Below, in pieces: positions 9,401 through 16,669 of a stretch of 32,000 nt of DNA. Positions within the stretch are counted from its first letter, which is position 1, and each line of letters begins with the position of its first letter. Source of the DNA: Acaryochloris marina S15 (GTDB taxonomy: Bacteria; Cyanobacteriota; Cyanobacteriia; Thermosynechococcales; Thermosynechococcaceae); the NCBI RefSeq assembly GCF_018336915.1, contig NZ_CP064923.1, positions 2,880,001-2,912,000 on the forward strand, in the 5' to 3' direction. The position numbers and the translations under genes are program-made. A model generated the notes under the pieces. It had not been told where the DNA came from, searched no databases, and worked only from the letters and a program-made list of their open reading frames with translations.

Positions 9401-11161
9401 ATAACTCTGAAACCCTGTTAGTTGGCGCAAAGGGATATCGGTCACATCCACTTCTGTTTGACCAGGGGGAGCAATCAATGCCCGGATATCAGCTGGCAGT
9501 GAATCAACTGAAATTGTGGTTTTATCCCGAAAATCATCTTCAGGGTGAAGTGTATCCCCAAACAGGGTAATGCCTGCATCGTTCGCACTAATTGCTACAT
9601 TGTCGATCATGGCAACTTGAGCAGCACCTTGAACCCAAAAGCCTTCGCCTCTAAAACCAAGGTCAAATAACTTTTCTCTCAGGTCTTTGGTTTGATTAAT
9701 ATTGTCCCAATTAACTCCTGTTGTTTTGATGGTTAGGTTATTCTGCCACAGCCCCGTTTCATTGCCTGATTCAGCAACAATACCGGCTCCAACGACATCG
9801 AAAACAACGTTATCTTTAAGCACTGCATGACTATCATGGTGCACAATACCCCAGCCTGGTGTCCCTACTACAGCATTACCCTGCAGTACTGCTGGAGAAT
9901 CATGAGCCCCGGTACGGTGAACGTGCAGCCCATAACGACCTCGAGTGTTTGTCCCTCTTCCTAAGGAACCATCAACATTGGTCCCAGGATCATCAACAAC
10001 TTGACTCTTATCTGAACGTCCTAAATCATAAAAGCCAGCATTGCTCACCACCACATCAGGGTTATGCATGAACATCACATGGGCACGTTGCTGAAGCGGA
10101 ACAGAATTTGCATTTTCTGTCGTGAAGCTAATGTTGCGGGTTAGATTCGCAGCATATAGCTGTAACTGTCCTTTCTCAGCAATATCGGGAAGATGGTGAT
10201 CATAACGGAGAACCGTGTTATCCCCAGAAGCAATATCGTTATTAGTAAAGTAAACTCGATTGCCATCAATACGAGTAATGGTCAGTTCCTCATCCTGGAA
10301 TCGAGAGTTGTTAGCATCAGAACCACCATATCTGTGATTGGTCCCCCCTAAAGCAATTTGGTCACCAACACGCCATCCTTGAGGAGCCTCTTTAAAAACG
10401 AGAAAATTATCGCCTGCCGAAACATCTCCATTTAAAGCCAGAAAATCACTTTTTTCAGCTCCATATATCCGAACCTTACCGTGGCTGATCAGGCCTCGAC
10501 TGAGTTGTGTCGGATCCCAACTGGTATCTATTGCACCTTCTGCAGTGAAGATAATTTGGGTTTTAACCCCAGCTTTCACAGGATTATTTTGTGTGCCAAT
10601 AAAGAGTTCTCCTGAGGGTGCAACTACAAAAGTATCAACCAGCAGTTTGGTATCTACGTTATGGGCAAACTTCAATTCTCCATCAACCCTGATGGTTTCC
10701 AAACGGGCATCACTTTCTTGGTTATACGTAACCGAGGTTCCCTCTTGGATTAGAACGTGAGCACCATCTTGTGGAATTCTGCCACCTTGCCATGTATTGG
10801 GGTCAAACCAAGATCCACTTCTAATCGCGATATGGGTAGCTTGGGCGTGAGAAACAAGGTCCAATAAGGCGGAGTGAGTGTGCTGTTTACCAGAATCATT
10901 AGGGTGAGCTAAAGGCCCAGAAGAAGAATGCGTTAGCATCTGTGGCATCCCATCTATGCTTGAAGTGCCAACAACTGAAGGGTCATCAACAAGATTTTGT
11001 TGTTGGATAGATGTAGTTGAAGAACTTTGATCAACAGAGGTTGAAGGGGACATCCCTGAAGTTACGTTTGCAAGGGTGATTAATCCAGAGTTGGTATCAA
11101 CTTTTGTGGTGGTTCCAAAACTATTGTCTAGGGAAGAAGATGCGATTTGATTGTCAGCCAT
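6440..11161 (-). CDS. large RTX-type calcium-binding exoprotein: G8 domain, beta-helix-like region, PKD domain, long nonapeptide array, cyanobacterial-type C-terminal domain
   Basis: Uninterrupted 1573-aa ORF with a hydrophilic S/T-rich N-terminus and no signal peptide. SGSWFDPNTWQGGRIPQDGAHVLI...IRVDGELKF is G8-like. AFSFDARGSYD...YGWDFNNDGKVD...VTLTVWDNQGASKSLTKTINV is PKD-like. GGxGxDxLx units follow. The C-terminal ~117 aa match a pattern common at the end of cyanobacterial RTX proteins. Confidence 0.9.
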   Translation of the reverse strand: MADNQIASSSLDNSFGTTTKVDTNSGLITLANVTSGMSPSTSVDQSSSTTSIQQQNLVDDPSVVGTSSIDGMPQMLTHSSSGPLAHPNDSGKQHTHSALLDLVSHAQATHIAIRSGSWFDPNTWQGGRIPQDGAHVLIQEGTSVTYNQESDARLETIRVDGELKFAHNVDTKLLVDTFVVAPSGELFIGTQNNPVKAGVKTQIIFTAEGAIDTSWDPTQLSRGLISHGKVRIYGAEKSDFLALNGDVSAGDNFLVFKEAPQGWRVGDQIALGGTNHRYGGSDANNSRFQDEELTITRIDGNRVYFTNNDIASGDNTVLRYDHHLPDIAEKGQLQLYAANLTRNISFTTENANSVPLQQRAHVMFMHNPDVVVSNAGFYDLGRSDKSQVVDDPGTNVDGSLGRGTNTRGRYGLHVHRTGAHDSPAVLQGNAVVGTPGWGIVHHDSHAVLKDNVVFDVVGAGIVAESGNETGLWQNNLTIKTTGVNWDNINQTKDLREKLFDLGFRGEGFWVQGAAQVAMIDNVAISANDAGITLFGDTLHPEDDFRDKTTISVDSLPADIRALIAPPGQTEVDVTDIPLRQLTGFQSYNTRDGISLWAHKTNFDGQLQLDSPDLRTAHNLVSTIDDFQVWGVRGTGVKIQYSSYTDIKNGLIVGDPSDPDGRGIFSNHASFNLNFDRLKVIGFEEGLKLESLNQDKDFISSSITNSQFRHNIYNLSAIGGNPINLGRLPDDFPAYFQIINTTFDTPSNNAAPVAKFNHSVVGGLAFSFDARGSYDTDPLKAEGATLSRDLPSNAIAAYGWDFNNDGKVDKFGRQVSYHFDQAGSQNVTLTVWDNQGASKSLTKTINVQPANYRNPFVNGYFSDASSFGEPYKTTSAGADLGWFATSGVRHDANIRSGAAILSNTSHNSAGIAQVVYDGKIRKGKQTLGLRLKNTEGDGKLNNDIEISLWGVNGQFKSNIWEKADPYQVGTLPMQRAKLTDVTLGGQNFDWKGFQWNVDLKNGYDYLLVQVNSRGTSNVGDFVGIDNVKLFGDGFSTPTASSIPNGDNRYFIEGAATNDRLVGSDRNQVIEGEDGNDTLKGSGGDDKLFGSHGEDELRGDDGNDELYGENGNDFLVGGSGNDRLNGGNGNDSLVGWDGNDNLYGADGVDKLYGGNGNDTLNGGVGNDELRGDRNNDKLYGSDGNDLLYGSTGDDSLYGGLNNDYLSGGSGKDRLVGDEGQDRLSGGDGDDSLSGGAGNDELRGDDGNDSLYGDIGNDFLGGGEGNDTLSGSKNNDTLAGWRGDDKLYGGDDQDKLNGGDGNDTLNGDQGDDQLFGSNGLDLLNGGLGDDTLDGGQGDDTLAGQEGNDSLYGASGRDKVYGDGGNDILRGGFGNDKLGGGIGNDYLVGDQDNDTLWGGDGSDTLDGGSGSDSLDGNAGNDVLKGNDGNDTLYGANGADTLIGGRGNDTLYGGNSNDRLLGVDTSSSRAGRGEIDELKDWDGRNVFVLGDDRQVFYNDGNDGTSGTNDYAVIKGFDASRGDKIQLHGQAFNYHLGSAPSGMQSGTAIYLETAGTNELVAIVAYANKLNLSESIFTYV
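6794..7954 (-). repeat. array of 43 consecutive in-register RTX nonapeptides (27-nt coding period)
   Basis: Hand-parsed from GEDGNDTLK to GGNSNDRLL with no spacer. Two more degenerate units (GAATNDRLV, GSDRNQVIE) extend it to about 8008. Confidence 0.9.
8622..8908 (-). other. PKD domain of the exoprotein
   Basis: FSFDARGSYDTD...AYGWDFNNDGKVD...HFDQAGSQNVTLTVWDNQGAS...TINV matches the classic PKD signature (WDFGDG-like core). Confidence 0.7.
10457..10825 (-). other. G8 domain of the exoprotein (approx. aa 113-235)
   Basis: Motif W-x-D-P-x-T-W-x-G-G-x-I-P, then alternating beta-strand-like segments with conserved glycines. Boundaries are approximate. Confidence 0.6.
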
Positions 11162-11987
11162 ATCTTGTTAGTTGGGGATCGAAAGTACTCTATTCAGAAG
11201 CAAGAACTGGGATTGTCCTATAGAACTAAAGACCTCAAGCATTCAAGCTAAACCTTTAAGGCCAAATAGCAGATAGGACTTACTCTGATCCCCCAAACTT
11301 TATTAATCTACATCAAAAGAATGAATTTTCCGGAAAGATTGGATACAAATTCTTCCCATGTTGATTAAGCACACTGCAGGAAGAATGTAAAGAAATCTCT
11401 CATTATTAGAATTTGAGCTACTGCACACTATTGAGAAGTCGATTGTATTTATTTTTTGCTAGAAAATAAATACATAGCCGAAGTCTAAGTTACATTGCCG
11501 CCAAGGCAATATGACACAATTTCAATAAGTCCTAAATATGTAAAGACCAACCGTCAGCAAGCTTTGTCTCACTAAAATATGAAAATTTCTATCTATTCAT
11601 AATAGATTTTTAATAGGGGCTCAGATGAGTTTTCACCTGCTGACCAAATTATGGCAATAGGATGTCTAATATCGCGTTTGATATATATATTTTTTTGTAT
11701 AACTTATGCCATTTTTCGTATAACATCAGAACTTTTACGAATCTCACTTGAGAGTATTGAGGCAACTCTACGTCGAAAAAGTGTATTACTCAGATCAGGT
11801 TTATAAACAAAAACTGTCAGGTCTGAGTATCCATAATTGAAGGATTGCTACTATCCTGATACGGTAAGTATTGTCCTAAAGCTATACTCTAACTGCATTT
11901 AATGGATTGGCCTCATTGCTACTCAACACGAGTCTCATTTCATTAGCATAAAAATTCTGTCTGCTATGGTTGGTAGGCTAAAAACAG

Positions 11988-12111
11988 TGGGAGTATGTCA
12001 CCTTTGCCGATGCACAAAATTTGTAATCAGAAATTTGATACCTGAAAGCAAGACTAGCAAGGATTTCTGGGATAAGTATAAATACTAGAATGCAAAGGTG
12101 ACATGCTCCCA
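11988..12111. mobile_element. 124-bp MITE-like element with 20-bp terminal inverted repeats and 7-bp target duplication
   Basis: The left TIR tgggagtatgtcacctttgc (11988-12007) and right TIR gcaaaggtgacatgctccca (12092-12111) are reverse complements with one mismatch. The direct repeat aaaacag flanks both ends (11981-11987 and 12112-12118). There is no internal ORF. Confidence 0.6.
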
Positions 12112-12168
12112 AAAACAGCTAGATGATTTCTGGCTTACCTATCCAATTCAGCGTGGTCGAGCACTAGA

Positions 12169-13968
12169 GTGACTAAACCTACATCGATAAAGCTTAATTT
12201 GTTTTTGTGGCTGATCATCACTACCTTCATGGGTACGACCTTATGTGATAGCAGAACAGAAGTCATCCCAATAAAAAAATGGACCAAAGAAGGAGAGCAA
12301 ACTGGGAGTTACCCATATAAAGTTAGCAAGACTTTTGTCGCACATCCCTGGATTGAGTCAGATACAGTAACATCGAATGCCGATTTTTCACTACCTCCTC
12401 ATGTTCAACCAGCATCAAAATCAGGCATTTATATCTCTCGGAAGGTGAATGGTATCAATCGTTCACAACTACTGACCCAGCAAGGTTTTAAAGGGAACAT
12501 TATTAAAAAAGTGAATATGCACTGGAAGCAGTTAGAACCCGTTGAGAATGTATACCGCTTTGATCTACTTGAGAAGGCAATCAATGTTGCTAGCAAGAAT
12601 GGGAAATATAAAGTCGAACTACACATTAAAGGATCTGTTCGTGAGTTTCAGTATTTCAAACAGTCAGACAAAAATCTTAAAAAGTTAGAGGAGTCTGCCC
12701 CTTTATGGTTGGATAACTACGATATTCCGATTATTGCTGAAAAGCCAACATCTATATTCCAAATTCATAATTATGATATATACGATAGCCGCTACCACTC
12801 TCGTTATATTGAGCTATTAAATAAACTTGGAACTACTAGAATTCTAGAAAATCCTGCCATTTTAGTCATATACCTGCATAATAAGTCACATACTCGTGGA
12901 GAAGAAGGAATAGGCCCCAAAGAAGGAGATCCTAATCGCAAAAAATACCTTGAGCGGATGGATACATGGGCTAAGATTGCAGGTCCTCAGAAGAATATGA
13001 TTATGGAGACATCCTATAGAGATCAAGATATTCAAGCAGCTTTAGATCGGGGTATGGGGCAGCGTAATGGTTGGATAGAGCACTATCTCACTCATGGCCA
13101 TAAGAAAGTCTTAGGCCAAGGTATTGACCGCCATGGTTATCTGATTGTGAATGAACATCACCCCCTTATACGAGGTGATGTAGCTTCCGGTGATGAAAAT
13201 GAAGAATACGAAAACAATCGCTTTTACCAACAGAGGTTTGGTCATTTTTCATCCTTCCCGCATCGGTATCATGAGTCTATGTTGCGGTTGCTGCAGATGC
13301 GTCGTAGTGTTGTTTGGGCAGAAGGAATCAAGGGTTTTATAGATCCTGCATTGCTACAATTCGTTGCGTTAGAGCTGGGCAAGACAGTAGAAGACGCGCC
13401 TGATGCGTGGAGCTATCTGAGGGAAAGCTATCTATTTGAGAAGGTACATCGCCAATGGGTGGAGGTTGATCCTAAGATCATTCGTTCAGACGGTTCAATG
13501 CCCCTCAAGAACTTTGAACGGTGGCTTTATCAACGTGATGACCCCAGTAATCACGTTCGCACAGTTGCCGTTGAACCCAGAGGGTTTGGAGGGCGACAGT
13601 TGTTTCGCCATCAGAAATACGATTATGATTTGACTGCTCGCAGAACGGACACAGCCAACTCAATGAATAGGATTGCTTTTGCCGTAGAGGATAAATTTCT
13701 GTCAGGACCATCCCATCGAGTTGCCATTAAAGTGACTTACTTTGACAAAGGATTTGGTTCCTTTTCACTGAAGTTTAAAAGAGTAGGCAGGAAGAAGGAG
13801 AGCCGTTCTCAAGGTAAAAACAATACAGGAAAGATGATGACTCGAACCTACATCATTAATGATATTGATCTTAGTGCTCGTGGTATGGATACAGATTTTT
13901 ATTTGGAAGCTTATGAGGATGATTTAACAGTTCGCATGGTTCGAATTATTAAGCGTTCCCATAAATAG
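12169..13968 (+). CDS. secreted hypothetical protein (599 aa), possibly glycoside-hydrolase-like
   Basis: GTG start. The N-terminus MTKPTSIKLNLFLWLIITTFMGTTLC is signal-peptide-like. The segment NMHWKQLEPVENVYRFDLLEKAINVASKNGKYKVELHI resembles the W-x-x-x-EP-x-x-G-x-Y-x-F motif of GH42/DUF4874-type TIM barrels. The functional call is weak. Confidence 0.6.
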   Translation: MTKPTSIKLNLFLWLIITTFMGTTLCDSRTEVIPIKKWTKEGEQTGSYPYKVSKTFVAHPWIESDTVTSNADFSLPPHVQPASKSGIYISRKVNGINRSQLLTQQGFKGNIIKKVNMHWKQLEPVENVYRFDLLEKAINVASKNGKYKVELHIKGSVREFQYFKQSDKNLKKLEESAPLWLDNYDIPIIAEKPTSIFQIHNYDIYDSRYHSRYIELLNKLGTTRILENPAILVIYLHNKSHTRGEEGIGPKEGDPNRKKYLERMDTWAKIAGPQKNMIMETSYRDQDIQAALDRGMGQRNGWIEHYLTHGHKKVLGQGIDRHGYLIVNEHHPLIRGDVASGDENEEYENNRFYQQRFGHFSSFPHRYHESMLRLLQMRRSVVWAEGIKGFIDPALLQFVALELGKTVEDAPDAWSYLRESYLFEKVHRQWVEVDPKIIRSDGSMPLKNFERWLYQRDDPSNHVRTVAVEPRGFGGRQLFRHQKYDYDLTARRTDTANSMNRIAFAVEDKFLSGPSHRVAIKVTYFDKGFGSFSLKFKRVGRKKESRSQGKNNTGKMMTRTYIINDIDLSARGMDTDFYLEAYEDDLTVRMVRIIKRSHK

Positions 13969-14031
13969 TTTATTGTAAGAATTTATGCTTAATAATGTTG
14001 AAAATGCTCTTAGCGGATGACAACGAAGCTA

Positions 14032-15491
14032 GGAAGCGTAAATATTCCACAGCTATTCAATAAATTATGCTGCACCCACTAATGCCCTTAATACGGGGGC
14101 CTGCCACCTATCGGCCCATTCGTTGCATTCAACTAGTCCTCTAATCTGCAATACATTATGGGCTCCATCATGGGTCCACTGCATTTTCTTTGTCCGTTTA
14201 TATCGGTCATTGATAATCGTATCGATATGTGATTCTGCAACTTGACTGGTGTAACTTAGGCCCTGTTGATCTCGTTCTTCATAATTCACCAGATAGGCTT
14301 GATTATTCTCTAAATAGTTATACAACTTTTTGAGTTTTAAGCGTTTCTTTGAATCAGTAATATTGGTCATCAGTAGCTTTAATTTTTTTAACGCCTCATC
14401 CGATTTGCCATGCCACAATTTCCATTTCACTCCCTCCAAGGTTTCTTTGAAAGCATCATCTTCCGCCCCTCTAACATTTTGAAATCGCATGGCAATATGA
14501 AACCAATCCAAAATACACAGAAGGCTGTTGCAGTGGGGAGCCAAGCTTAAAATCACTGTCCAGCAATTTTGGGCTCCATCCGCTAGAGCAGTAACCTGTG
14601 TCTCCTCGGTCATTCCCTGCTTGCGGGCTGCATTAAGGGTGTAGATTTTCATCGTGGATAGGCCGTCATCTTTAGCTGAGACAGCACAGCTTTTATTTTC
14701 AATCTGACGATGATGGTTGTCCAAAGGGATGATGTTCTCTGGTCGATAGGCCACAGCATATAAGGCTTCAAAGCTGCGTTTATCTTTATCCTTAGTCGGA
14801 ATGTGCCCCCCATCAGCTTGGAGGATCAATTCTGGGGTGCTAAGACCATCCTCAACGACTGCGGCGGGTTCAAGATTCTCTTGAGCTATGACTGCACCCA
14901 CTTCATTCGTGAGCAGTTTGATATTGGTATGGTTATTGACTGGACGCCGGTGAACCGTCATTTTATTTAGGTTAGTCTCAGCCTTACGGAAGCTGTACAT
15001 GGCCCCTTGTTCACATTGCAATTTCGCTAAATCTGGGTGGATTGAGGTGCCAAATACATAGGCCGTTGAGGGGGTACTTTGCCAGTTGCATTCGGGATTC
15101 GTGCACTTGTGCTTTTGAATCCCTACTTTGTGGTCTGTAAAAACCGCATGGAATTTGGACTTAGTAAATCCTCGTTTATTGAGTTTCTGGCCACATCTAG
15201 GGCACCTATCATAGCCCGTATCAATGAGTTTTGATTGAGCAGCTAAGAGTGAATTCTGAACTTTTTCAAGGAGAGATATTTGTTCTTCGTGGCGCAACCC
15301 TAATTCTAAAATCGATGCTGGAGGAGCAATGTCATAGACTTTGAGCGTATCGCGCTGAATTACTTCTTGTGAAGTGACTGATACCTTCTCAACAATGACT
15401 CGTAATTCGTACTCCAACGGATAACTCCCTAAATGCTGCCAGGAGAGAGTTTATCATCCATCGTCTAAAGCTGCAATATATTTACGCTTCC
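14032..15491 (-). mobile_element. insertion sequence (about 1460 bp), single transposase gene, imperfect terminal inverted repeats
   Basis: ggaagcgtaaatat (14032-14045) is the exact reverse complement of atatttacgcttcc (15478-15491). Similarity continues imperfectly to 22 bp. The repeats enclose the 450-aa transposase ORF. I saw no clear target-site duplication. Confidence 0.75.
14065..15417 (-). CDS. DDE-type transposase, probably ISKra4-like (family call tentative)
   Basis: The 450-aa ORF has an N-terminal zinc-ribbon (CPRCGQKL...CTNPEC). Acidic-residue contexts are LQADGGHIP and ALADGAQNCW, and there is an LDWFHIAMRF motif. It is bracketed by the inverted repeats above. Confidence 0.8.
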   Translation of the reverse strand: MEYELRVIVEKVSVTSQEVIQRDTLKVYDIAPPASILELGLRHEEQISLLEKVQNSLLAAQSKLIDTGYDRCPRCGQKLNKRGFTKSKFHAVFTDHKVGIQKHKCTNPECNWQSTPSTAYVFGTSIHPDLAKLQCEQGAMYSFRKAETNLNKMTVHRRPVNNHTNIKLLTNEVGAVIAQENLEPAAVVEDGLSTPELILQADGGHIPTKDKDKRSFEALYAVAYRPENIIPLDNHHRQIENKSCAVSAKDDGLSTMKIYTLNAARKQGMTEETQVTALADGAQNCWTVILSLAPHCNSLLCILDWFHIAMRFQNVRGAEDDAFKETLEGVKWKLWHGKSDEALKKLKLLMTNITDSKKRLKLKKLYNYLENNQAYLVNYEERDQQGLSYTSQVAESHIDTIINDRYKRTKKMQWTHDGAHNVLQIRGLVECNEWADRWQAPVLRALVGAA

Positions 15492-15578
15492 ACTCGTCTT
15501 TCTCAAATGTCTTCTTCTTTGATTTTAAAAAGAAGCTATAACTTCACTTATGACGTTCATTTTTTTTGTATGGAATAC

Positions 15579-16457
15579 TCACCATCCAAAGTTTTCTCCA
15601 ATTAACTTATATAGTAAATGATTCTGAGAGTAATAGTAATTGTCTAAATACTCATAAATATTTGCTGCCACTTTAGTTCTATTCTGAGAGACATTGCATG
15701 CATGTAAATCTTTAACAAAAAAATCATCATCTACGCCAATAAAGTTGAACACCCGTCGAAGCGTAATTTCAGGATGACTAAAAAGCATCGCACTATTAAT
15801 AAAAAGAATATTGCTCATTGAAAAGTAATTAAGATATCTCTTTATTTGATCATAATAATGTCCACGACTTTTGTAAGAAAAGTGTATAAAGTTCGTATGT
15901 TTATAATCCTGCTGTTCTAGTATTGGCTTCAACCGCTCCTCTTCAGCTAATAATGCATCCATTATTGGCAATGATTCATATCCTAATTTTTTTTCATAAA
16001 AATAGTGAGAAATAGCTCGTTCTGTAGGATTTCTCAGAATAGCAATTAGCTTTGCTTTAGGAATAATTTCAGAAATTCGTTTTGGGACAATTGGATTGAA
16101 AATATATAACGGAGAAGAATCAAAAGTTTTCTGGTTTTTGACAGTTTTACCTGCTCTTGGAAAATGTGATAGGTACCAAGATTGACCTTGTTTGAAATTA
16201 TCAAAATCTGGCTTTAAACCACCATCAAAAAAGTGAACTTCTTTGACATAAGATGGTGAAATCTGACTATGTTGACTTAAGTAGTAGTACAAACTAGAGG
16301 TCCCAGATTTCTGTGCTCCAATTATCATGAAATCTGGTAGATTCCGTGAACGCCAAGTGGCTTTTCGGTAATTAAATATTGCTTTTTTTATAGCTGACTT
16401 CATATGACATTTATCTATATATTTCAATAAAGAAAGCAGGATGATATACCTGAACAT
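15579..16457 (-). CDS. PAPS-dependent sulfotransferase (heparan-sulfate 3-O/N-sulfotransferase-like family)
   Basis: IIGAQKSGTSSLYYYL matches the 5'-PSB loop (compare IIGVRKGGTRAL). LRNPTERAISHY matches the 3'-PB motif. The gene is very AT-rich. An alternative start is Met19 at 16403. Confidence 0.85.
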   Translation of the reverse strand: MFRYIILLSLLKYIDKCHMKSAIKKAIFNYRKATWRSRNLPDFMIIGAQKSGTSSLYYYLSQHSQISPSYVKEVHFFDGGLKPDFDNFKQGQSWYLSHFPRAGKTVKNQKTFDSSPLYIFNPIVPKRISEIIPKAKLIAILRNPTERAISHYFYEKKLGYESLPIMDALLAEEERLKPILEQQDYKHTNFIHFSYKSRGHYYDQIKRYLNYFSMSNILFINSAMLFSHPEITLRRVFNFIGVDDDFFVKDLHACNVSQNRTKVAANIYEYLDNYYYSQNHLLYKLIGENFGW

Positions 16458-16466
16458 GAAGAATAT

Positions 16467-16489
16467 AAAAATTCAAGCACAAGCTTGAA
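16467..16489 (-). terminator. weak hairpin plus T5 on the minus strand between the NRPS-TE gene and the sulfotransferase gene
   Basis: The minus-strand transcript reads ttcaagc ttgt gcttgaa ttttt atattc, a 7-bp stem with only 3 GC pairs. The T-run ends 9 nt before the track ATG at 16457. Confidence 0.3.
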
Positions 16490-16669
16490 ATCTCAATATT
16501 TTAGGGTTTAATTCTCGAAAGGAAAGGATTTTTAAAATCATTTAGTAGAAGATAAAAAGTATGTACATTAAAATCTTTTATTTTAAGCAATATTTTTCTT
16601 TTTATTAGCTTGCCTTTAAGGATTGATACATACTATGTTGTCTATCTTATAGATGACAGCCAATTTTTT

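Noticed and set aside
12429-13711. Small ORFs 12429..12626 (-), 13436..13633 (+) and 13505..13711 (-) within the 599-aa gene
   Set aside because: They are nested in the longer ORF and have no motifs.
6440-13968. Type I secretion genes (ABC transporter, MFP) expected next to an RTX protein
   Set aside because: I looked for them on both flanks. Neither the 599-aa protein nor the upstream zinc-ribbon protein has Walker or ABC-signature motifs, so no T1SS is present in this window.
15509-15530. Hairpin cttcttt / aaagaag downstream of the sulfotransferase stop, as its terminator
   Set aside because: On the minus strand the 7-bp stem is not followed by a T-run. The support is weak.
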